Source: Candidatus Micrarchaeota archaeon
GTDB taxonomy: Archaea; Micrarchaeota; Micrarchaeia; Micrarchaeales; Micrarchaeaceae
Assembly: GCA_027365215.1 (NCBI GenBank)
Contig: DAHXNT010000001.1
Coordinates: 1 to 40,001, forward strand
DNA: 40,001 bases
Direction: 5' to 3'
Made by a program: the position numbers and the translations under genes
Notes under the pieces: generated by a model
The model's database searches: none
Told to the model about the DNA's origin: nothing
What the model saw: the letters and a program-made list of their open reading frames with translations, nothing else
Shown here: piece after piece, positions 1 through 7,919 of the stretch
How positions within the stretch are numbered: the first letter of the stretch is position 1
Layout: each line of letters opens with the position of its first letter

Positions 1-13
1 TTGTGGTTTGCTT

Positions 14-1699
14 TTAACTCTTGCTGTGATTTCGTTGGCTCTCGCGTAGCCGACTGCCTGAAGTCACCACCACTATGTAATCGTACTTCCCCTTCCTCCT
101 TTCAAGCATCTGCACCGTAGATGCCGCGCTCTTGCTCCCTGTTTCGTACTCTATGGCGATCCTTTTTCCGTTGTAATACGCGACTATGTCCGGGTTGTTT
201 GCGTTATCCTCTATCCTGTTTGTTATGCCGGCCTTTGACAGCAGTTCCGCTATCTTCCTTATCATCAGTTCGTGCTCTATGGTAAATGCGCCGCTCTTCC
301 TCATCACCCATTCCTCGGTGCCGCCTTTCGTTTCCACAGAGGTGGCAGCAAGCTCGCCGCTCTTTATCAGGGACGTCACGGTATCGCTGCCCACTTCCGA
401 TGCCAGTGCGTCTGCCTTTATGGGCTTGACGGACATGGCGGCCGCCCTTTCCGCGGATGCTGTGCTGGATGATTGTATTCCGTTGGTCGCCTGCTCGCGG
501 CTTACCCTGACAAGTAGGGTACCGCTTTTGCTGTTTGTCAAAAGTATCTCACCCTTTCTTAGTTTGGGTAGCGCAGACCTTATGACGTGCTCGGCGCTCG
601 TGCCATAGGACATGAGCTTCGACATGTACGAGACTTCTGCAGGTTCCCTTAGGGCGAATGACATTATGGTGGAGGCGTTGGCCATTATGCGCTTGTCTAT
701 GCTGGATATAGAAGGCGTAGCCATTATCACAGCTATGCCGTACTTCCTGCCCTCCTCCACCAGTTTCCTTATCATGGACGCGCTGTCTCCTGAGCTGCCT
801 ATGAGGTACTGCGCCTCGTCTATGACCACGTATGTACGCACGCCGCCGTTTATCCTGTTTGCCCTCATCAGGTAATAGATCCTCTCGAGTATCGTTGTCA
901 CGTAGACGAAGAGCTCTTCCCTGCTTTTTATGTCGGCGAGTGAGATAAGGTTGAGGCCGCTCATGAGCTCCTTCACGCTTATGGTGTCCTTTATGAAGCT
1001 AGGCTTCGCGAGACCACTTATCTTGGCCTTCAGATGTAGCAGCGCATTCCTCTCCGTCGCGCCCTTCGCGTTGGATACGAATATGCCTATCTCGTTCATC
1101 AGCTCGTTTATCGTGGGCATGCTGCCGAGCTCCGTGGAGTACGGCGACATGGCGCCGTGCCTCCTGTAAATGTACCAGAGGCACTGGCTCAGCTTCGTGG
1201 ACTGTATGTGCCCGAGGCCGTACAGCGACTTGAGCATAGACACCGTGCCGGATATGCGCTGGTTCACCGCGAGGCCGTCAAGAGCAAGTGGGTTCACGCT
1301 GTTGTAATGTGCATCGACCATGCGGGCCTTGCCATACGACGCGCCCCCGTGCTCATTATGCACGTCAAAAACGAGCACATTCTTTCCGCTGGCGGATAGC
1401 TGGCGCACTATTGATTCCAGAAGCGTGCTCTTGCCATGGCCGCTCATCCCAGTTATCAGCACGTGCGGATTGGGCTCGGACTCGAGGTCCGCGCATACGC
1501 GCTTCCTGTATTTGACCCATCTCCATTCCTGCCCCGAACCCACTTGCATGTACTTGCCATTATGTATGTAGCTTACGGTGTGCGCCATTTTGAGCCTTGA
1601 AAACGACTCGCCAATATTCAAAGAAAGCACATCACCTTTCCTTGGCATGCCGAGCATGCCTGCTATCCTTCCTATTATGGTTTTTATCATTAGAGTCAC
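14..1699 (-). CDS. HerA/FtsK-superfamily (DUF87-like) P-loop ATPase with C-terminal PD-(D/E)xK-like nuclease-fold domain
   Basis: 561-aa ORF. Walker A 'GMSGHGKST' and Walker B 'YVVIDEAQYL'. The C-terminal ~80 aa ('IEHEL...PDIVAYYNGKRIAIEYETGSK') look like a restriction-endonuclease-like core. GTG at 1699; first ATG at 1690. Confidence 0.6.
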   Translation of the reverse strand: MTLMIKTIIGRIAGMLGMPRKGDVLSLNIGESFSRLKMAHTVSYIHNGKYMQVGSGQEWRWVKYRKRVCADLESEPNPHVLITGMSGHGKSTLLESIVRQLSASGKNVLVFDVHNEHGGASYGKARMVDAHYNSVNPLALDGLAVNQRISGTVSMLKSLYGLGHIQSTKLSQCLWYIYRRHGAMSPYSTELGSMPTINELMNEIGIFVSNAKGATERNALLHLKAKISGLAKPSFIKDTISVKELMSGLNLISLADIKSREELFVYVTTILERIYYLMRANRINGGVRTYVVIDEAQYLIGSSGDSASMIRKLVEEGRKYGIAVIMATPSISSIDKRIMANASTIMSFALREPAEVSYMSKLMSYGTSAEHVIRSALPKLRKGEILLTNSKSGTLLVRVSREQATNGIQSSSTASAERAAAMSVKPIKADALASEVGSDTVTSLIKSGELAATSVETKGGTEEWVMRKSGAFTIEHELMIRKIAELLSKAGITNRIEDNANNPDIVAYYNGKRIAIEYETGSKSAASTVQMLERRKGKYDYIVVVTSGSRLRESQRNHSKS

Positions 1700-1762
1700 C
1701 AGCGCAGATGCAGATGTAGATGCAAGCGCCGCGGGCCGGATTGGCCATGTGGCGCAAAGGAG

Positions 1763-2323
1763 TCACTTGAAGGCAAGAACCGCTATGTCCTCGAAGCTGT
1801 AGTGCACCTTAGTGACTTCGGCCTTGAGAAGGTCGGCGTCAGTCTCATAGCCGTTCAGCGAGCTTTCGACAAGGAGCACTATATGGTCTTCTTCCACATG
1901 GCTTGCATACGAGGAAAGAAACCTGTCTATCAGTTCCCTTCCGCCAATCCCGCCGTCAAGGGCATACTCGCGCTCCACCATGCCAAGCTCCGGCTCGTCC
2001 GGCAGGTAAGGAGGATTGAACGCTATCGTATTGAATTTCCCGGTTACCCCGTCGAAAAGGTCAGAAATGCAGAACTCGCCAGTGACGGAATTATCGGCCG
2101 CGTTTGCCTTTGCACATTCTATTGCCTTATCGTCTATGTCGGCGAACGTCACCGCGCATCCCTTCTTTGCCGCCACTATCCCCTGAATGCCCGTGCCGGT
2201 GCCGAGATCGAGGAACTTCCCGAATGCATGCTTTTCTACGGCCTTCGCGAGCAGCATCGAATCCTCAAGAGGTTCATATACTCCGCCTAAGCACGACTTC
2301 AGCCTTATATCATCAACCAGCAT
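1763..2323 (-). CDS. HemK-related archaeal methyltransferase (Mtq2-like protein N5-glutamine methyltransferase)
   Basis: 'VYEPLEDSMLL' N-terminus, SAM motif 'LDLGTGTGIQG' and 'NPPY' motif ('FNPPYLPDE'). Start moved to the ATG at 2323. The GTG-extended ORF to 2389 reads through an AT-rich tract as 'FFFFFILL'. Confidence 0.7.
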   Translation of the reverse strand: MLVDDIRLKSCLGGVYEPLEDSMLLAKAVEKHAFGKFLDLGTGTGIQGIVAAKKGCAVTFADIDDKAIECAKANAADNSVTGEFCISDLFDGVTGKFNTIAFNPPYLPDEPELGMVEREYALDGGIGGRELIDRFLSSYASHVEEDHIVLLVESSLNGYETDADLLKAEVTKVHYSFEDIAVLAFK

Positions 2324-2385
2324 ACTGCTAATTCCGTTGATGAATTTATAATATGATAATAAAATAAAAAAGAAAAAGAAAACCG

Positions 2386-2694
2386 TCACTCGCTGGCGCC
2401 CTCGGAGATCGAGAACCTCAGGCTGTCCGAATCGAGGCTTACGGCTATGCTGTACTTCAGGTTCCTGAGCTCCAGATCCCTGAACCTTTCGCAGAGCTTC
2501 CTGTCCCTTATCAGCTCGTTCACAAAGGCCTTCAGATCTGTCACGAACCTCACGTCGGATATGCTCTTGCCCTTATCCTTCGTGCCGTTGCCTGTCCCGT
2601 ACAGTTCCTCTATGGTTCTCACCTGGTCCTCCAGGGCATCGTAGAGCTTGCGCTCCGCATTGTGCTCTTGTTTCATAGAACCCTCTCGAGACAT
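2386..2694 (-). CDS. hypothetical protein (charged, probably helical), no recognisable family
   Basis: 102-aa ORF co-oriented with and abutting the methyltransferase gene. No motif recognised. Alternative start at Met7 (2676). Confidence 0.4.
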   Translation of the reverse strand: MSREGSMKQEHNAERKLYDALEDQVRTIEELYGTGNGTKDKGKSISDVRFVTDLKAFVNELIRDRKLCERFRDLELRNLKYSIAVSLDSDSLRFSISEGASE

Positions 2695-2938
2695 GCTTAC
2701 CTGACGCTGAGACCCTCAGAAAACTAGAACCTGCCCTATTTCTCGGCGCAAGGCGTGCGCATGTCCTTGCTTCGGCTTCTCACTGAAGCATTATATACTT
2801 TACTACAGTATAATGCAGTTGTATATATGTGCTTATACTTTTGTCTAATGCCATGCCAAGGATTAAATAGCGTTGCGCGAATGATTCTCTTGCCCGTCAC
2901 ACTGGGCAACTCTTGGAAAATAGAACCTCCAGAGACAG

Positions 2939-2958
2939 GGGCCTGCTTCAGCAGGCCC
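2939..2958 (-). terminator. 8-bp GC-rich hairpin downstream of the ABC operon
   Basis: gggcctgc-ttca-gcaggccc lies 28-47 nt past the permease stop (2986). On the transcribed strand it is followed by a T-rich stretch (ttctatttt). Confidence 0.45.
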
Positions 2959-2985
2959 TTCATGCTAGCGCGCGGATTGCGGCGC

Positions 2986-3768
2986 TCACAGCATGCTTTC
3001 CTTTCTGAATGTCTTAACCCCTATGTAGAACAGCACTATGCTTACCAGTGACAGGAGAAGTATGGTATACGCGAAAAACCCAACAGTAAGGTCTGCAAGG
3101 CCCAGTATCGAAGCGAATGGCATTATCAGTATCGGAAGTATCAGTAGGGTGCTGACCTGCTGTGCCTCTTTTATGCCCCTTACGTGCGCAGATACCAGCA
3201 CTATGATGCCTATGGTAACAATCGCCAGGAACGGGGCTGTGAGTATCATCATCAGCCAGGGCAGTGTGGGAAGGATGTGGAGGTGGAAGGTGATTATGGA
3301 GAGATATTCAGTTATGCTTCCATATATGGCGAAAACCACCAGGGTCAGGATTACTGTTGGGATGAATGAGGCAAGTATCTTCCCGAGGAGCAGCTCGGAT
3401 GCGCTCACAGGTGTAGCGAGGAGGGATTCCGCGGTCTTTCTTTCCTTTTCCCCCGCGAAGCTGTCCGCAGCTATCACTGCGGCGGTGAGAATCGGCATCG
3501 TCAGGAATATAGGGCCTAATATGTTAACGGAGAAGTATGCCATGAACGTGGCGGCACCTGCGCCGTGAAGCGCGGCGGGGACCGTGGCCAGGGTGGATAT
3601 CCTTGATGCTATCGCCGGAGCCGCATAGATTGTGACGTAAAAGGTTAGTACGGGCAATACGATGGCGAAGAACAGCGGTACGGCTAGCATCGGCCCGTAT
3701 ATCGAGATGCTGCTGAACACCTCCTTTATGTCCTTTATGGCTATTGCGTAGGATTTTCCCGTGTCCAT
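2986..3768 (-). CDS. ABC-2 type transporter permease (NatB-like)
   Basis: 260-aa polytopic membrane ORF with 'DSFAGEKERKTAESLLATPVS', typical of NatB/ABC-2 permeases. It sits directly downstream of the ABC ATPase. Confidence 0.7.
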   Translation of the reverse strand: MDTGKSYAIAIKDIKEVFSSISIYGPMLAVPLFFAIVLPVLTFYVTIYAAPAIASRISTLATVPAALHGAGAATFMAYFSVNILGPIFLTMPILTAAVIAADSFAGEKERKTAESLLATPVSASELLLGKILASFIPTVILTLVVFAIYGSITEYLSIITFHLHILPTLPWLMMILTAPFLAIVTIGIIVLVSAHVRGIKEAQQVSTLLILPILIMPFASILGLADLTVGFFAYTILLLSLVSIVLFYIGVKTFRKESML

Positions 3769-3774
3769 AGTATC

Positions 3775-4674
3775 TCAGCCAAACGATATTTTTTCTATCA
3801 GCGGTTCGGTATAGTCGACACCAGCTATGAGCGCGCCCCTGGCCATGAGCTCTTTCAGTGCCTTGTTTACGCCAGAGGGGGAGTCTATCCTAACCCGGAT
3901 GTATGTGGCCCTGTTACTGTTGACGTACTCCAGGCCTTCCATGTTGTTAATGGCACTCGCGCTTATGGGCCTCGCCAGCCTTATGCCTATGATCGATCCC
4001 TTGAGTATCTTTCTGTACAGCTCGGCGCTGTTCACATTTGCGGCTATTCTCCCGTTTCGCATTATGAATATATTTGCGTTAAACCTTGTTACCTCGTCGA
4101 CCTTCTGCGTCACAAATATTACAACGGCGCCCTCCCTCTCTTTTTCCATTAGGTGCCTGCGTATGCTTTCCGATGCCTCTACATCGAGAAATGCGGTTGG
4201 CTCGTCAAGCAGGATCATCTTCGGTTCATTGAGAACTGCCCTGCAGAAGGCGACCTTCTGTTTGGTGCCCCTGCTGAGCACCGCTACCTTCTTATCGGAA
4301 TATTCTAAGGCCCCAACTTCCTTGAGCAGGGACTTTGACTTGATCCTTATATCGCTGTCGGGCATGCCGTACAGCCTGCCGAAGAACCTGAGGTTATCGA
4401 TTACCGTGAGATGGTCGTACAGCGCATAGTTATCCGTGAGGAGCGAAAGCCCTTCGTGCACGCCTTCGTTGGTGTATGGATCTAGTCCATTGACCCTTAT
4501 GGATCCATGGTCGACCCTGTGCAGGCCGTCTATGCACCTTAGGAGCGTGGATTTACCAGCGCCATTGGGCCCGAGTATTATGTTCATGCCGCTGTCAATT
4601 GAGAGGGTTATGCCTCTGAGGGCCTCAGTCTTGCCGAACAGCTTCCAAACCCCCCTGGCTTCTATGGCATGCAT
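3775..4674 (-). CDS. ABC transporter ATP-binding protein
   Basis: Walker A 'GPNGAGKST', signature 'LSRGTKQKV' and Walker B 'ILLDEPTAFLD'. Confidence 0.9.
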   Translation of the reverse strand: MHAIEARGVWKLFGKTEALRGITLSIDSGMNIILGPNGAGKSTLLRCIDGLHRVDHGSIRVNGLDPYTNEGVHEGLSLLTDNYALYDHLTVIDNLRFFGRLYGMPDSDIRIKSKSLLKEVGALEYSDKKVAVLSRGTKQKVAFCRAVLNEPKMILLDEPTAFLDVEASESIRRHLMEKEREGAVVIFVTQKVDEVTRFNANIFIMRNGRIAANVNSAELYRKILKGSIIGIRLARPISASAINNMEGLEYVNSNRATYIRVRIDSPSGVNKALKELMARGALIAGVDYTEPLIEKISFG

Positions 4675-4745
4675 GCATGATTATTTGGCATGTAAGAGAT
4701 ATATATTTAACAGAGCGAAGGCTGCGATCCTATAGGAATACCAGG

Positions 4746-4767
4746 TTAGTACAAGTTTAGTACAAGT
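4746..4767. repeat. perfect tandem duplication 2 x 11 nt (ttagtacaagt) abutting the 5S rRNA 3' end
   Basis: Read directly: units at 4746-4756 and 4757-4767. Confidence 0.8.
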
Positions 4768-4882
4768 GCCAAACAGCAATATGCTTTCCCACCGGTTAGG
4801 CAGTACACACATATCGTGAGCAGGCTTAGCTTCCGAGTTCGGAATGGGATCGGGCGTTTCCCTGCTCCTATTGCCGTTTGAC
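4768..4882 (-). rRNA. rrf: 5S ribosomal RNA
   Basis: The minus-strand sequence contains 'CCCGAUCCCAUUCCGAACUCGGAAGCUAAGCCUGC'. Terminal helix I pairs GUCAAACGGC with GCUGUUUGGC. Length ~115 nt; ends +/- 3 nt. Confidence 0.9.
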
Positions 4883-4903
4883 AGCAGATATTAGGCGCGG
4901 CAG

Positions 4904-4912
4904 TTATATAAA
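4904..4912 (-). promoter_or_regulatory. TATA box for the 5S rRNA gene
   Basis: Minus-sense 'tttatataa' is centred ~26 nt upstream of the inferred 5S 5' end. Confidence 0.5.
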
Positions 4913-4980
4913 GCTAACTAGCGAGCCTGTTTAGCGGCTTTTCAGCTGGTATTTGTAGGCCTTGCGAGTGCATTGCGGCA

Positions 4981-5127
4981 CTATTCGTCGGCCCTTCTTC
5001 CCATCTTGCACGACAGGCACATGCCGAGCTTGCTGTCGTAGTGCTTGTCACACACCGGCTTGCCGCACATCTGGCACGTGTTCGTCGCTGGCCTGCCGCA
5101 TATGTGGCATAATCCCACGGTCTTCAT
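4981..5127 (-). CDS. 48-aa Cys-rich zinc-binding mini-protein (not in the ORF track)
   Basis: Hand translation: MKTVGLCHICGRPATNTCQMCGKPVCDKHYDSKLGMCLSCKMGRRADE. Ligand pattern CxxC-x6-CxxC-x5-C-x2-H-x7-CxxC. Its ATG overlaps the upstream gene's TGA as ATGA (5124-5127). Confidence 0.55.
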   Translation of the reverse strand: MKTVGLCHICGRPATNTCQMCGKPVCDKHYDSKLGMCLSCKMGRRADE

Positions 5128-6161
5128 CGCGTCACCTGATTGTCATCTTTTCTTTCAGCGTCGCCGCCTTGCTGAGCATGCTCGAGCTTCTTGGGCTTTA
5201 TCAGATCTATGTTGACCACTCCTCCGAGCAGCTCCTTCGCGTTCTCGAACGACATAGGCTTGAGGCCGCGCCTCTTGGCATAGCTGCACTGGTATTTCAC
5301 GTATGACGGCGTTACGTTCGTTGCCGGATCCACCTTCTTGCACCTCTCTATGTAGTCGTTTATTATCTTTGCGGCGTCGTCCACGCTGAGACCCTTCGTG
5401 TTGACAAGGTAAGGCGCGAGTATTATGTTCACGGTCCTGTGCCTCACGTCGGATATCGGGTTTTGCAGCAGCCTGTCTATCCAGGTCTCACCCTTGAATG
5501 CCGCGCGGTACTTGTACCTCTTGCTTATGCTTACCCCCTTCGCATACCCTATGACCTCCTTAGGTATCTTCTGGTAATCTATCGGCAGGCCGCCCTTTAT
5601 CCTTGCGGCAGCGACAAGTTTAATCAATGGTATGAAGCGGTCCTTGGTCATGTATATGCGGCCGTTGCTCACCTGATAGTTAGAGAGGGGTACGCCATCA
5701 CCGTCCCCGACAGCCAGAAGGAAGTCGGTAAGCCTCATGCTGAACGCCTGGCTGAATTTCACCTGGGTGAGCGTAGCTGCGATGCCCATGGACTCGGCTA
5801 TGTGGAGCATTGCAGGGGCCGGCATGCCCTGTATCGCGTCTGCGGATCTGGAGGATTCCGCCACCGCGAAGTATTCTATCAATTCCATATCTTTGAGCGC
5901 GCTCAGGAGCATACGGCAATACGCGTATGTCTTTATGTAATTCAGTTTTATGGACTCCATTGCCGTGGCCGTGAAGGGCATCATCCTGCGCATGCGGCCA
6001 TTCTGGAACAGCTTCGATATCTCGGTAAGGTGATTCTTTGCCATATCTAGGTAGGCCAGCTCAACCTTGTCTAGCCTGAGGGCCGAGATTATGTTTCTCG
6101 CCGCGTTCGAGTAGGGGGCCAGATACGCCTCGTCGAGCTCGTCGGCTTCGAATCCTTCCAT
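5124..6161 (-). CDS. priL: DNA primase large (regulatory) subunit PriL-like protein
   Basis: 345 aa. The central 'MRLTDFLLAV...SNYQVSNGRIYMTKDRF' and C-terminal 'WIDRLLQNPISDVRHRTVNIILAPYLVNTKGLSVDDA' resemble archaeal PriL sequences as I remember them. Confidence 0.55.
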   Translation of the reverse strand: MEGFEADELDEAYLAPYSNAARNIISALRLDKVELAYLDMAKNHLTEISKLFQNGRMRRMMPFTATAMESIKLNYIKTYAYCRMLLSALKDMELIEYFAVAESSRSADAIQGMPAPAMLHIAESMGIAATLTQVKFSQAFSMRLTDFLLAVGDGDGVPLSNYQVSNGRIYMTKDRFIPLIKLVAAARIKGGLPIDYQKIPKEVIGYAKGVSISKRYKYRAAFKGETWIDRLLQNPISDVRHRTVNIILAPYLVNTKGLSVDDAAKIINDYIERCKKVDPATNVTPSYVKYQCSYAKRRGLKPMSFENAKELLGGVVNIDLIKPKKLEHAQQGGDAERKDDNQVTR

Positions 6162-6181
6162 AATATTACTTTGTACGCTCG

Positions 6182-6189
6182 TTTATAAA
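6182..6189 (-). promoter_or_regulatory. TATA box (tttataaa) for the priL-like gene
   Basis: Centred ~25 nt upstream of the ATG at 6161, implying a leaderless or very short-leader mRNA. Confidence 0.45.
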
Positions 6190-6409
6190 TTACTGAAACC
6201 GCGCGTGTTGAAAACAGCTGGTTTCAGGCAGTCCTAGCGAATAGCGGAAGTGCGAAATATATTTAAATCTTTCTTGAGACTTGTATCTATGTTAGGATAC
6301 ATAGTCTCTTACCCCACCCATGCGAGAATGACTTGTCCTAGCAGCGTATCCTGAGTCTTTCCTTCTTTCCTTTCTTTGATTTGTTCTGTATGTTTTGCAC
6401 AGTGAGTGT

Positions 6410-6625
6410 ATGAAGCAAGGCACTGGAATACTTGTTGCTGGGCTAGGATGGACATGCGCGGGCGTGGTGATCCTTCTGATGCTCTACATTGAAGAGCTAA
6501 TGGGCGTTAATGCCGGCAGCCCGTATGGCGCGATTGCGATGGGCGCTGTTGTCGTTGCAATTGGTGCAATAATCCTTGTATCAAGGAAAAAGATAAGCAA
6601 TATAATAGATTCCAAGCATAAATAG
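6410..6625 (+). CDS. small membrane protein, two predicted TM helices
   Basis: Hydrophobic 71-aa ORF from the ATG at 6410; the track starts it at the TTG at 6395. No family recognised. Confidence 0.4.
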   Translation: MKQGTGILVAGLGWTCAGVVILLMLYIEELMGVNAGSPYGAIAMGAVVVAIGAIILVSRKKISNIIDSKHK

Positions 6626-6645
6626 AGTTGCAAACGGCGAAAAAA

Positions 6646-6718
6646 GGGGTCGTACGCTAACCTGGTAGACTACCGCGTTCGGGTCGCGGCAATCTGGGTT
6701 CAAATCCCAGCGACCCCA
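6646..6718 (+). tRNA. tRNA-Pro (anticodon CGG)
   Basis: Acceptor GGGGTCG/CGACCCC. Anticodon arm CCGCG-TTCGGGT-CGCGG. T arm CTGGG-TTCAAAT-CCCAG. 73 nt, no encoded CCA. The D-stem pairs poorly by eye. Confidence 0.8.
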
Positions 6719-6752
6719 AACTGAGTTCTTGGTGCGATGGTTCGGTGATGTG

Positions 6753-7046
6753 ATGGTAGAGCTCGGGATAATACACGACGAGGGGCGCTTCCACGCCAAG
6801 ACAGTGCATGGGGAAGCGGAGCTTCTCTATAGGATAGAAGGCGTAAAGATGACTGTATACAGGACGTTCGTGCCAGAGGAGGACAGGCACGAGGGGATTG
6901 CCAAGGCGCTGATGGACGAGGCTGTGAAGTATGCGGATTCCAACTCGCTCGTGATAATACCCGCATGCGAGTATGCCAATTCGTACATGGGCGCGAAGGC
7001 GAAGGGAGATGCCGGCAAGGACGGTGTGCCACACTCGCCACAGTAG
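6753..7046 (+). CDS. small GNAT-like (YjdJ-type) acetyltransferase-fold protein
   Basis: ~97 aa. 'FHAKT..GEAELLYRIEG..MTVYRTFVPEEDRHEGIAKALMDEAVKYADSNSLVIIPACEYA' fits the short GNAT-like family. Start moved to the ATG at 6753, because the TTG at 6729 nearly abuts the tRNA. Confidence 0.55.
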   Translation: MVELGIIHDEGRFHAKTVHGEAELLYRIEGVKMTVYRTFVPEEDRHEGIAKALMDEAVKYADSNSLVIIPACEYANSYMGAKAKGDAGKDGVPHSPQ

Positions 7047-7129
7047 ATATTTTATACTTTGTCAGGTATGTATATGCGAGTTGCACAGGGCAACCTTATG
7101 CTAAGTAATCATGCTTATGGAGTGATCTC

Positions 7130-7873
7130 ATGTTCGAGATAAAAATAGAAGATGCAAAGTACTGGAAGAGTTGCATAGACTCGATTGTCAGCCTCATAGA
7201 CGAAGGCTCGTTCAGCATCTCAAAGGAGGGCATATCTCTCAAGGCAATGGATCCTTCGGGAATAAGTATGATATCATTCTTCATACCTAGCAAGGCCTTC
7301 TCGATTTACAAGGTGGAGTCGCAGACATCTATTGGGCTGAACCTTGACAGCTTCAGCAAGATACTCGCGAGCGCAAGGGGCGGTGAGCAGCTGCAGATGA
7401 AGGATTCGGGCAAGAGGTTCACCATAGAGTTCATAGGCAAGAACAGCCGCAGGAGGTACACGCTTCCGCTCATAGAGGCGAAGAAGGAGCCGGACAAGGA
7501 GCCCAAGATAGAGTTCGAGTCGTTCATAGAGGTAAGGAGCGATTCGCTGAAGGAGATACTGAAGGACGCAAACCTTCTGTCGCCATACATAAGCTTCAAG
7601 ACCGACAAGAACTCGTTCGCCATAAGCGCGAAGGGAGATGCAGGAGACCTGGAGGAGGAACACCAGAGCGACAGCGACTACATCAAGAAGCTCAAGGTCG
7701 ACAAGCCGTCTTCTTCGACTTTCAACCTGGAGTACCTTAGCAGGATGGTGTCTGCCACAACCGCCAACTCCACGGTCAAGCTCGCGCTCAAGAACGAGGA
7801 GCCTACGAAGATAGAGTACAATATAGGCGATGCGGAGATCGCGTACTACCTTGCGCCTTACATGGAAAGCTGA
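7130..7873 (+). CDS. pcn: DNA polymerase sliding clamp PCNA
   Basis: 247 aa, with 'MFEIKIEDAKYWKSCIDSIVSLIDEGSFSISKEGISLKAMDPS' typical of archaeal PCNA. SD-like 'ggagtga' lies 4 nt upstream of the ATG. Confidence 0.9.
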   Translation: MFEIKIEDAKYWKSCIDSIVSLIDEGSFSISKEGISLKAMDPSGISMISFFIPSKAFSIYKVESQTSIGLNLDSFSKILASARGGEQLQMKDSGKRFTIEFIGKNSRRRYTLPLIEAKKEPDKEPKIEFESFIEVRSDSLKEILKDANLLSPYISFKTDKNSFAISAKGDAGDLEEEHQSDSDYIKKLKVDKPSSSTFNLEYLSRMVSATTANSTVKLALKNEEPTKIEYNIGDAEIAYYLAPYMES

Positions 7874-7919
7874 ATGGTGCAATGGCAGCGCGGCACGCCG
7901 ACTTCGCCTTTGACAAACG

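Noticed and set aside
14-2323. HerA-like ATPase-nuclease plus NPPY methyltransferase as a restriction-modification or defence pair
   Set aside because: The methyltransferase matches the housekeeping archaeal HemK-related/Mtq2 pattern ('VYEP.ED', ~190 aa, no target-recognition domain). That argues against a DNA methyltransferase, so the adjacency is probably coincidental.
2736-3051. 75-aa (minus) and 98-aa (plus) ORFs in the spacer between the ABC operon and the 102-aa ORF
   Set aside because: They overlap each other and the permease 3' end. They run through AT-rich promoter-like sequence and a terminator hairpin, and have no recognisable domains.
4746-4767. Possible CRISPR or minisatellite
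   Set aside because: There are only two 11-nt units with no spacers. I noticed no other copies in the window.
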